DNA from: Candidatus Latescibacterota bacterium | Lineage (GTDB): Bacteria; Latescibacterota; UBA2968 | DNA: 64,000 nt | Reading direction: 5' to 3' | Assembly: GCA_965204375.1 (NCBI GenBank) | Contig: OZ241986.1 | Coordinates: 1,440,001 to 1,504,000, forward strand | Shown: positions 55,908 through 64,000 of the stretch, piece after piece | How positions within the stretch are numbered: the stretch's first letter is position 1 | Layout: each line of letters begins with the position of its first letter | The notes under the pieces: generated by a model | Told to the model about the DNA's origin: nothing | Databases searched by the model: none | The model's input: the letters and a program-made list of their open reading frames with translations, nothing else | Position numbers and translations under genes: made by a program

Positions 55908-57058
55908 CTTACAGAGTCGGTATTATTGGATGCGGTTCGATTGCGCGCAGTCATGCCGATGGGTATTTGCGCGTTGCCAATGCAGAGATGGTGGCGGTTG
56001 CCGATCCCCATCCGGTTGCGCGAGAACAATTTTGCGAGGAGTTTGGCATTCCCAATGCATACCCTTCGGTGGAGGAGATGGTTGCAAAGGAGGACCTCGA
56101 TATCGTCAGTGTTTGTACGTGGCATCTGCTCCATCCCGACTGTACGATTGACGCGGCGAATGGTGGTGTGCCGGGTATTATTTGCGAGAAGCCCATGGCG
56201 ATTGGTCTTGGCGAGGCAGATCGCATGCTGGATGCGTGTGAAAAAAATGGGTCAAAGCTGGTGGTCAGTCATCAGCGGCGTTTTACTCCCGGTTGGGAAA
56301 AAGCGCAAGCTCTGATGCGAGAGAAGGTTATTGGCGATGCTGTAATGGTGCATGGACAGGTCGCTCAGGGGCTGATCAACTGGGCGACGCATACTATTGA
56401 CGGCATTCGGTTTGTCCTGGATGATCCAGAAGCCGAGTGGGTGATGGGTGCTGTCGAGCGGCAGACCGACCGCTTTGAACGCGATACGCCGATCGAGGAT
56501 GCGTGTATGGGTTTGGTCGCATTTGCCAATGGCGCTCAGGCTTTGATCCAGGCGGATTTGAACCGGCCGGGTGAACAGGCGGGGCATTTTCAGATTCGCG
56601 GCTCAGAGGGATTGATGGAAGTGACCGAAAACGCGGTGCGCGTATTCAATGCAACGACCGATGGATGGAAAGATGTGGAAATTATAGCTGATGAGGGGGT
56701 CCGCGCAATTGGCGGCGAGACCAACGCCGCTTCTGTGCGCGAGTTGATCGCGTGGTTAGAAGGAGGCGAGGAGCACCGCGCTTCGGGACGCAAGGCGCGT
56801 GCGACTGTCGAAATTATGATGGCACTTTTTGAATCCGCGCGACAACATCGGGTTGTGCACCTGCCACTTGAGGAAATGGGCTATCCGCTGCAATTGATGA
56901 TCGAAGAGGGCAAGCTGCCCGTTGCTGTGCCAGGGCGATACGATATTCGCGCATTTCTCAATCCCGAAGGGATGGATGAAGCGGCTTACAGGCAGCTGCG
57001 GGCTGAAGGTGTGACCCATTCTGCTGCGATGCGACAGCTTGCAGAAGAAAGGCACTGA
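55904..57058 (+). CDS. Gfo/Idh/MocA family oxidoreductase
   Basis: GIIGCGSIA, CEKPMA, HQRRF, THTID. Confidence 0.88.
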   Translation: MTYRVGIIGCGSIARSHADGYLRVANAEMVAVADPHPVAREQFCEEFGIPNAYPSVEEMVAKEDLDIVSVCTWHLLHPDCTIDAANGGVPGIICEKPMAIGLGEADRMLDACEKNGSKLVVSHQRRFTPGWEKAQALMREKVIGDAVMVHGQVAQGLINWATHTIDGIRFVLDDPEAEWVMGAVERQTDRFERDTPIEDACMGLVAFANGAQALIQADLNRPGEQAGHFQIRGSEGLMEVTENAVRVFNATTDGWKDVEIIADEGVRAIGGETNAASVRELIAWLEGGEEHRASGRKARATVEIMMALFESARQHRVVHLPLEEMGYPLQLMIEEGKLPVAVPGRYDIRAFLNPEGMDEAAYRQLRAEGVTHSAAMRQLAEERH

Positions 57059-57066
57059 GCGATACT

Positions 57067-59469
57067 ATGAATGCAGACCGTAAATTTTTGCCTTTTCTAA
57101 TTATCCTCTTTGTGGGAAGTGGATGCGCTGCGCTCATTTACGAAATTGTCTGGTTTCAGATGCTGCAACTGATTATCGGGTCTTCGGCAATTTCTCTCGG
57201 CATATTGCTGGGGACTTTTATGGGCGGAATGTGCGTTGGCAGCGTGATGCTTTCGCGCGTAATTTCAACGCGCTACCATCCGTTAAAGGTCTATGCGCTT
57301 TTGGAATTGGGCATTGGTGTCTCGGGCATGATTTTGCTTTTCGTCCTGCCCCTGATTGGCACGATTTATATTGGTGTGGCAACTTATGGATTGTGGGGAC
57401 ATTTCCTGCGGGGGATTGTCTGTGCGATCTGTCTTTTTTTTCCCACAGTGTTAATGGGTGCGACCCTGCCCGCGATAGCGCGGTGGACAGAATCAACGCC
57501 TCGCGGTGTTTCGTGGCTCGGTTTTTTTTACGGGGGCAATATCGCTGGTGCTGTTTGCGGGTGTTTGTTCGCGGGTTTTTATTTGCTGCGCCTGTACGAT
57601 GTGGTTACGGCGACTTATGTGGCGGTTGCGCTCAATTTTGCCGTAGCACTTGTCGGATATGGGTTGGCACAATGGGCTGAGTACCATGCGTCAAGGGGAA
57701 AGACGACCACGCTCAGTTTGTGGATGATAGACGCCTGGCGAGTTTATGTGGCTATTGCAATTTCTGGCGCGTGCGCGCTGGGTGCTCAGGTAATTTGGAC
57801 GCGGTTGCTGTCGCTAATGATGGGGGCGACTGTTTACGCTTTTTCGATTATTCTCGGGGTTTTTCTAATCGGGTTGGGTGTGGGGAGTAGTGTGGGGGCG
57901 TATTTTGCACGCACAAAAGTAAATCCCAAAATTGCACTTGGATGGTGTCAGCTTCTTCTTGTTGGCGCGATTTCCTGGGCGGCTTACGCGCTTTCTCAGT
58001 TGCTTCCCTATTGGACATCGGGCGGGACTTACGCGGTGCAGTTTCAACTGGATTTGCTGCGTTGTTTTGTGGCTATTTTCCCCGCGACTATGCTGTGGGG
58101 CATGAGTTTTCCACTGGCACTTGCCGCGGCGCGTTCTCAGGGAGGTGATCCCGGTGCTTTGGCCGGGAGCGTGTATGCGGCCAATACGGCAGGTGCAATT
58201 GTGGGGGCGCTCGGTTTTAGTGTGGTTTTAATCGCGATTTTGGGGACGCAGATGGCGCAACAGGTGTTACTCGTCCTTTCTGCATTTGGGGCCGTTTTGA
58301 TGTTTGGACGCAGTTTGTGGCAGGTACGCGATGCGGACAGGACTGTTAGATCAGATCGGTGGGTCGGCGTTTTGGTGGGTGTTGTTTTGCTGGTGTGGAG
58401 TATGCCAGGGCCGCCGCCGTCGCTGATTGCTTACGGTCGTGCGCTTCTCGATTGGGGAGAGGACGCGACATATATTTACGCGGATGAGGGGATGAATGCA
58501 TCGGTTGCGGTGTCTGAGTTGGACAATGGCGTGCGGAATTTTCACGTGAGCGGAAAAATCGTAGCATCCAGCGAGCCACAGGATATGCGTTTGCAGCGCC
58601 TGTTGGGGCACCTTTCTGCATTGATGCACAGGGAACCGCGTTCTGTGCTCGTGGTTGGGTGCGGTGCGGGGGTGACGGCGGGAATTTATGTTTTATATCC
58701 GAGTGTTGAACGCATTGTGATCTGTGAGATCGAGCCACTGATTCCACCTGCAGCTGAGGTGTATTTTGGCCCAGAGAATTACGATGTGTTAAAAGACCCC
58801 CGCGTAGAGATCATTATTGACGATGCGCGACATTATCTGCTGGCAACAGATGAGAAATTCGATATCATTACGTCTGATCCGATTCACCCCTGGGTTAAGG
58901 GTGCTGGGGCGCTGTATTCAAAAGAGTATTTTGAATTGTGCAAAAAGCGTTTGAATCCCGGAGGTGTTGTGACCCAGTGGGTTCCGCTTTACGAGTCGCG
59001 GTTGGATGCGGTGAAGAGCGAGATCGCGACTTTTTTTCAGGTGTTTCCGCACGGGACAATTTGGGGCAATCAAGATGATGGCGAGGGATATGATGTTGTG
59101 CTATTGGGACAGAAAGATTCTCGCGTCGTCGATGTGGATGCCTTGCAGGCGCGTTTGGATCGCGAGGATTATACGGAGGTGTGGCATTCGCTGAATGATG
59201 TGTCTCTGGGATCGGCTGTCGCGCTGCTTTCGACGTATGCCGGGCGTGCATCTGACCTGGACGAATGGCTCACAGATGCGCAGATCAATCTGGATCGCAA
59301 TATGCGGCTCCAGTATTTGGCGGGATTGGGTTTGAATAACTATGAGGCAGATGTGATTTATACGGCGCTTTTGGAACATGCGCGTTATCCCGATAATTTT
59401 TTTATTGCGGCCAAAGCGACAGAAACCGCATTGAAGGCGCAACTTGACCGGCAACATACAGGAAGATGA
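57067..59469 (+). CDS. Fused MFS-like membrane domain/spermidine-synthase-like methyltransferase
   Basis: SGCAALIYEIVW, LMGATLP, YAANTAG, VLVVGCGAGVT, CEIEP, DDARHY, DIITSDP.HPW. Confidence 0.85.
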   Translation: MNADRKFLPFLIILFVGSGCAALIYEIVWFQMLQLIIGSSAISLGILLGTFMGGMCVGSVMLSRVISTRYHPLKVYALLELGIGVSGMILLFVLPLIGTIYIGVATYGLWGHFLRGIVCAICLFFPTVLMGATLPAIARWTESTPRGVSWLGFFYGGNIAGAVCGCLFAGFYLLRLYDVVTATYVAVALNFAVALVGYGLAQWAEYHASRGKTTTLSLWMIDAWRVYVAIAISGACALGAQVIWTRLLSLMMGATVYAFSIILGVFLIGLGVGSSVGAYFARTKVNPKIALGWCQLLLVGAISWAAYALSQLLPYWTSGGTYAVQFQLDLLRCFVAIFPATMLWGMSFPLALAAARSQGGDPGALAGSVYAANTAGAIVGALGFSVVLIAILGTQMAQQVLLVLSAFGAVLMFGRSLWQVRDADRTVRSDRWVGVLVGVVLLVWSMPGPPPSLIAYGRALLDWGEDATYIYADEGMNASVAVSELDNGVRNFHVSGKIVASSEPQDMRLQRLLGHLSALMHREPRSVLVVGCGAGVTAGIYVLYPSVERIVICEIEPLIPPAAEVYFGPENYDVLKDPRVEIIIDDARHYLLATDEKFDIITSDPIHPWVKGAGALYSKEYFELCKKRLNPGGVVTQWVPLYESRLDAVKSEIATFFQVFPHGTIWGNQDDGEGYDVVLLGQKDSRVVDVDALQARLDREDYTEVWHSLNDVSLGSAVALLSTYAGRASDLDEWLTDAQINLDRNMRLQYLAGLGLNNYEADVIYTALLEHARYPDNFFIAAKATETALKAQLDRQHTGR

Positions 59470-59500
59470 TGGTAGGTTCAAAAAAGGAGGCGTTTACAGT

Positions 59501-60610
59501 ATGGAAAAAGTGAGAGTTGGCATTATTGGCATTGGTGGGAGAGGGGGAGGTCACGCGAAATTTTTTGCGGAGGGCGATATTCCACATGGGGAATTGACAG
59601 CGGTGTGCGATGTCGATCCGGATAGGATTCAGTGGGCGCGTGAAACCCTCGGGGAAAACGTGCGGACATTCGACAACGGCGATGAGTTGATCACTTCGGG
59701 AGCTGTTGATGCGATTATTGTGGCGACGCCGCATTACGATCATCCGACTTATGCGGTAAAGGGATTTGAGAACGATTTGCATGTTCTGATAGAGAAACCT
59801 GCAGGCGTATATACCAGACAAGTCTATGAGATGAATGAGGCCGCTGAAAAAAGTGGCAAAGTGTTTGCCCTGATGTTCAATCAGCGAACTCGCCCACACC
59901 ATCAAAAATTACGAGAATTGGTGGCTTCTGGCGAATTGGGAGATATTCAGCGCACGAATTATATCGTCACCAACTGGTTTCGCGCTCAAAGTTATTACGA
60001 TAAGGGCGAATGGCGCGCGACATGGTCGGGTGAGGGGGGCGGCGTGTTGTTGAATCAGTGTCCTCATAACTTGGATTTGTGGCAGTGGATTTGCGGGATG
60101 CCCTCGCGCGTGCGCGCTTTTATCAGCTATGGCAAATACCACGATATTGAGGTGGATGACGATGTCACTGCGTACGTGGAATACGATAGCGGTGCGACGG
60201 GGGTGTTCATTACCACAACCGGAGAGTTTCCCGGAAGCAATCGTCTCGAGATAGCGACGGATCGCGGCAAGGTAATTATGGAAGACAACAAAATTGTGTG
60301 GTGGCGTTCGAACGTTTCCCTGAGCGAATTCTCTCGGGGATATACGGGCGGTTTTGGCAAACCCAAATCGGAAAAGCTCGATATCCCTCTCGGCGAAGAT
60401 GGCGGGGCGCACCGCGGCATAATTAACAACTGGTGTGATGCCATATTGAATGGGAGTCCGCTTCTCGCGCCTGGAGTTGAGGGCATTCACGGGGTTGAAT
60501 TGGCGAATGCGATGCTTTTGTCTTCATGGTTGAACGATTGGGTCGATATTCCCGTTGATCGGGACCTGTATTTTGAAAAATTACAGGAAAAAATCTCGAT
60601 CGCGGATTAA
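59501..60610 (+). CDS. Gfo/Idh/MocA family oxidoreductase
   Basis: GIIGIGGRG, ATPHYDH, IEKPAG, WRATWSGEGGGVLLNQCPHNLD. Confidence 0.9.
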   Translation: MEKVRVGIIGIGGRGGGHAKFFAEGDIPHGELTAVCDVDPDRIQWARETLGENVRTFDNGDELITSGAVDAIIVATPHYDHPTYAVKGFENDLHVLIEKPAGVYTRQVYEMNEAAEKSGKVFALMFNQRTRPHHQKLRELVASGELGDIQRTNYIVTNWFRAQSYYDKGEWRATWSGEGGGVLLNQCPHNLDLWQWICGMPSRVRAFISYGKYHDIEVDDDVTAYVEYDSGATGVFITTTGEFPGSNRLEIATDRGKVIMEDNKIVWWRSNVSLSEFSRGYTGGFGKPKSEKLDIPLGEDGGAHRGIINNWCDAILNGSPLLAPGVEGIHGVELANAMLLSSWLNDWVDIPVDRDLYFEKLQEKISIAD

Positions 60611-60643
60611 ACGGATTGCACGGATAGCGCGGATTAAACGGAT
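60601..60643 (+). repeat. 9-nt-periodic CGGAT array (5 copies)
   Basis: CGGAT at 60603, 60612, 60621, 60630 and 60639. The 16-mer CGCGGATTAAACGGAT occurs twice. Contains the TAA stop of the upstream gene. Confidence 0.8.
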
Positions 60644-60686
60644 GGACTGGTCTCCCACACAGGCAGATTCGCATTGGAGGACATAA

Positions 60687-61844
60687 ATGGTTCCGACAAC
60701 AGATGTGACGGCATTGGATGAGGCGGCTGAAAAACCCGTTCTGGTCTTAGATGGGCTGGATGAGCCGGTTGTGATCGAATCCATTCGGTTGCTCAAAGAT
60801 GAGCGTGAGTATTACGTGCATGTGCGTTCTATAGATGGCGCGGAAGGTCTGGCGTTTACGAATGGGCGGGCGCAATATGTATATCCGATTCTCAACGAAC
60901 TGGTAATTCCCTATTTTATTGGCAAAGATGCCCGCGATCTCGAAGACCATCTTTGGGGTGTGTATCGCCACAGCAGCAATTACAAATTGCAGGGATTGGC
61001 TTTCTGGTGTTGTGTGGCGTGGGTTGAGATGGCGCTGTTGGATTTACTTGGTCGGACTGCACAGAAATCCATTCCCGATCTCCTGGGCGGCGTTGTGCGC
61101 GAGTGGGTTCCCTTTTACGTTGCGAGTGGGCGCAGGGATAGCACGCCGGAAGAAGAAGTGGGGTATTTGCAGAAGTTGATCGATGAGACAAGTGCGCCAG
61201 CCGTAAAGTTTAGAATTGGTGGGCGCATGAGCAAAAATGCAGATGCCATGCCCGGGCGAACACCGAATTTGATCGCGTTGTCTCGCAAAGTGCTCGGCGA
61301 TGCGATTGATATCCACGCGGATTCCAATAGTTCTTACGATCCGCCGCAGGCGATTGAAGTGGGGCGCATGCTCGAAGATATTGGCGCTGTTTATTTTGAA
61401 GAGCCTTGTCCGTTTGATCACCTCGAAGATACGAAAGTCGTTGCCGATACACTGGATATTCCCGTTTCTGGGGGCGAACAGGAGTTCAGCGACCGGCGGT
61501 TTCGATGGATGATTGCCAATCGCGGTGTGGATATCGTTCAGCCCGATTTGCATTATTACGGAGGGCTTATTCGCTCGACGCGGGTTGCGCGAATGGCCGA
61601 ATTGGCTGGAATGCCGACAACTGTACATATCTCAGGAGGTTTTGGATTTATTTACATGCTCCACTTTGCCGCCTGTACACCGGATATCGGCCGGTATCAG
61701 GAATACAAAAGGGGGATTGAGAAATACCGCGACTGGTTTGATCCCGCACTCGAGATTCGAGATGGGGAGATGAGTATTCCCAGGGGACCGGGGTGTGGGA
61801 TTGTGGATATTCAGTCTATTATTGACGGTGCAGATCGCTTATAG
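60687..61844 (+). CDS. Mandelate racemase/muconate lactonizing enzyme family
   Basis: EMALLDLLGR, KFRIGGRM, ADSNSSY, FEEPCP, GGEQE, QPD. Confidence 0.87.
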   Translation: MVPTTDVTALDEAAEKPVLVLDGLDEPVVIESIRLLKDEREYYVHVRSIDGAEGLAFTNGRAQYVYPILNELVIPYFIGKDARDLEDHLWGVYRHSSNYKLQGLAFWCCVAWVEMALLDLLGRTAQKSIPDLLGGVVREWVPFYVASGRRDSTPEEEVGYLQKLIDETSAPAVKFRIGGRMSKNADAMPGRTPNLIALSRKVLGDAIDIHADSNSSYDPPQAIEVGRMLEDIGAVYFEEPCPFDHLEDTKVVADTLDIPVSGGEQEFSDRRFRWMIANRGVDIVQPDLHYYGGLIRSTRVARMAELAGMPTTVHISGGFGFIYMLHFAACTPDIGRYQEYKRGIEKYRDWFDPALEIRDGEMSIPRGPGCGIVDIQSIIDGADRL

Positions 61845-61857
61845 GACATACAAAAAT

Positions 61858-63198
61858 ATGGAAATGGCACAGCATGGGGGACCGCCGCTGCGCGATGTGG
61901 TGACGGCGAGGCGTACGCAGAGGGAGACGCGCCGAAATAGCTGGTTGCTGGTGATCAATGGCGGCATGGTGATGATGGCCTATACATTTATCAGTGCGGA
62001 TCTGGTGATGCCGGCTTTTGTGCAAACACTGACCACATCCAGTATTCTGGTGGGTATGGCGGGAGCACTCATGAGAATGGGGTGGGCCTGGCCGCAGGTC
62101 TTTATCTCTCGGATTATCGAACCCAAACCGCGAAAGATGCCCTTGCTGATCTGGGCGGGTATGGCCCGAAGTGTGATGTGGATTTTGGTGGGCGTGATGA
62201 CGGTTTTTTTAGGCGGGTTGAAGCCCGCAATTTTTTTGTCTTTGTTTATGGTATTTTACGCTTTGGGAACATCGCTGATGGGCGTGATGAACGTGCCGTG
62301 GATGGATTTGATGGGCAAGGCGATTCCCGCGTCGCATCGGGCTAAAGTTTTTGCTCTGCGTCGCTTTTCAGGCGGTGTGATGTCCATGGTTGCGGGCGTT
62401 TTGATTTCCTATATCCTGAGCGCGCAGAGCGGTCTCTCGTTTCCCAATAATTACGCGGTGTTATTTATGCTTTCGGGTTCGGGCACGGCACTGGCCGTGC
62501 TGACTTTTGGCATGATCCGTGAGCCTATTGAAAAGCGCACGCGCGCACAGCTTTCTCTGAAAAATTATTTGATCAGTGGCCTGAGCCTGATGAAAGATGA
62601 TGTGAATTTCAGACGTTTGTGCATGGTGCAATTTTTGTGGGGTTTTAGCATGATGGGCGGGCCGTTTTACGTGCCTTACGCGATTTCTGGTCTGGGGATT
62701 GGGGTGGTTTATATTGGATTTTATGTGACTGCGATGCAGTTTAGCTCGGTTTTTTCAAATGTGGCGTGGGCATGGGTGGGACGTTACAAGGGCAATCAGG
62801 CTTTGTTCTTATACGGCACCTGCTTGCTCGCGTTGTCTATTCTGGTTCCAATATGTATCATTTATGTGCCCAATCACCCCATCTGGATCTGGGGTAAAGA
62901 GGTGGATTTGAGGGTTGTGGTGTATGCGTTTACGTTCATTTTTTCAGGCGCAGCCCAAAGCGGCATGTATTCGGGGCGCATGACGTATGTCCTCGATATT
63001 GCGCCTGCCGATCGACGGCCAACCTATACCAGCTTTATGAATATGTTTATGTTTCCGCAAGGATTGTTGCCCATGCTGGCCGGGGTGCTGGTCGCGTGGA
63101 TTTCCTATCAGAATTTGTTTCGCATTTCCCTATTATTTATCCCGTTTGCCGCGATACTCGCCTATCAGTTAAAACCCGTTATTCACAGTGAGGAATGA
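61858..63198 (+). CDS. MFS transporter
   Basis: About 12 TM helices, VMPAFV..L, WMDLMGKAIP...R, DIAPADRRPTY. Confidence 0.85.
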   Translation: MEMAQHGGPPLRDVVTARRTQRETRRNSWLLVINGGMVMMAYTFISADLVMPAFVQTLTTSSILVGMAGALMRMGWAWPQVFISRIIEPKPRKMPLLIWAGMARSVMWILVGVMTVFLGGLKPAIFLSLFMVFYALGTSLMGVMNVPWMDLMGKAIPASHRAKVFALRRFSGGVMSMVAGVLISYILSAQSGLSFPNNYAVLFMLSGSGTALAVLTFGMIREPIEKRTRAQLSLKNYLISGLSLMKDDVNFRRLCMVQFLWGFSMMGGPFYVPYAISGLGIGVVYIGFYVTAMQFSSVFSNVAWAWVGRYKGNQALFLYGTCLLALSILVPICIIYVPNHPIWIWGKEVDLRVVVYAFTFIFSGAAQSGMYSGRMTYVLDIAPADRRPTYTSFMNMFMFPQGLLPMLAGVLVAWISYQNLFRISLLFIPFAAILAYQLKPVIHSEE

Positions 63199-64000
63199 AT
63201 TTCCTCAACGAGGTCTTCTGCCGGATAGGTGAGAATTTCTGCTAATGTGGGGTGATAATGGGGGATGTTCATGAGGTCGTGTACTGTGCCGCGGAAGTGC
63301 ATGATGGCGATGAGTTCGTGAAAGAGTTCGCCGGCTTCAGGCCCTACGATATGTCCACCGATGATTTCGCCTGTATCGGGATGGCATAGGATTTTGACAA
63401 ATCCATGGAGTTCCCCCAGGACCATGGATTTGCCGTGGTCATCAAAGGGATAGGACGCAACGCGATAGGGGATGTTTTGCTCGCGGCATTCTTTTTCTGT
63501 GAGGCCCACAGATGCAAATTGCGGATCGGTGAAGACCACTTCGGCTTTGAGCCTGTAGTCGATGCGCTGGTTTTGGGTTCCATCAACGGCGTTGTGACCG
63601 GCTATCTCGCCTTGCTGGACAGCGATGTGTACGATTTCGTATAGTCCCGTGCAATCGCCCGCAGCGTAAATATTGGGAGCGGTAGTACGCATGTGATGAT
63701 CCACGAGAATGCGTCCGCGCTCGACGTTTACGCCGGCATTTTCGAGTGCGAGCGATTGGATGGCAGGTACGCGTCCCAATGCATGGAGGATTATGTCTGC
63801 CGAAGCGCGACGGGGTTTGCCACTGTGGTGAAAGTGGGCGATTTTGGCATTGTTTTTGGTCGTGAATTTTTGCAATTGCGTATCGGTAAAGACTTTCATG
63901 CCTTCTTCTCTGAAGCGGGCTTCCACCGGACGTGCGAGATCTTCGTCTGTGCTACTGAAGATGTGATGGCTGCGTTGAATGAGTGTGGTATGCGTTCCCA
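63183..64000 (-). CDS. Class I pyridine nucleotide-disulfide oxidoreductase (dihydrolipoamide-dehydrogenase-like), 5'-truncated by the window edge
   Basis: ALGRVP, IYAAGD, VVFTDPQFASVG, HYHPTLAE. Frame stays open to the window end. No C-terminal CC, so not MerA. Confidence 0.85.
   Translation of the reverse strand, partial: GTHTTLIQRSHHIFSSTDEDLARPVEARFREEGMKVFTDTQLQKFTTKNNAKIAHFHHSGKPRRASADIILHALGRVPAIQSLALENAGVNVERGRILVDHHMRTTAPNIYAAGDCTGLYEIVHIAVQQGEIAGHNAVDGTQNQRIDYRLKAEVVFTDPQFASVGLTEKECREQNIPYRVASYPFDDHGKSMVLGELHGFVKILCHPDTGEIIGGHIVGPEAGELFHELIAIMHFRGTVHDLMNIPHYHPTLAEILTYPAEDLVEEIHSSL

Noticed and set aside
60601-60643. Possible mini-CRISPR (16-mer repeated twice)
   Set aside because: Repeat and spacer are far too short and no cas genes are present; better described as a 9-nt periodic array.
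288-63644. Numerous 60-240 aa ORFs antisense or out of frame to the called genes
   Set aside because: Shadow ORFs overlapping well-supported genes, with no motifs or RBS.
63183-64000. Mercuric reductase MerA
   Set aside because: It lacks the C-terminal Cys-Cys pair and ends in an HPT motif; no mer genes are nearby.

Overview
This is a bacterial chromosomal window, moderately GC-rich and mostly + strand. The gene families suggest an FCB-group organism such as a marine or sponge-associated Latescibacterota (dockerin/EF-hand-tailed secreted proteases, a DUF6785-like membrane protein, many Gfo/Idh/MocA and enolase-superfamily paralogs); this is inference. It holds a Fe/Mn homeostasis cluster (DtxR-feoAB plus troABCD-troR, both permeases fused to DtxR-like domains), housekeeping genes (map, hpf, hprK, lysC), a BCCT transporter, a TonB-dependent receptor and many orphan catabolic enzymes. 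The best leads are: (1) an ArsC/Spx-family selenoprotein missed by the ORF track, with an in-frame UGA in a UxxC motif and a SECIS-like hairpin; (2) a GAF domain fused to a minimal two-helix PepSY-TM-like di-His module, next to a lipoprotein cytochrome c'; (3) an AT-rich islet with a NucS-like nuclease, two coupled coiled-coil unknowns and BrnTA, a candidate defence locus; (4) a switch-like structured leader with a terminator upstream of the DUF6785 operon; (5) 8-10-nt-periodic GGAT arrays that start at gene stop codons. No rRNA, tRNA, CRISPR array or transposase was seen. All family calls come from motif recognition, not database searches.
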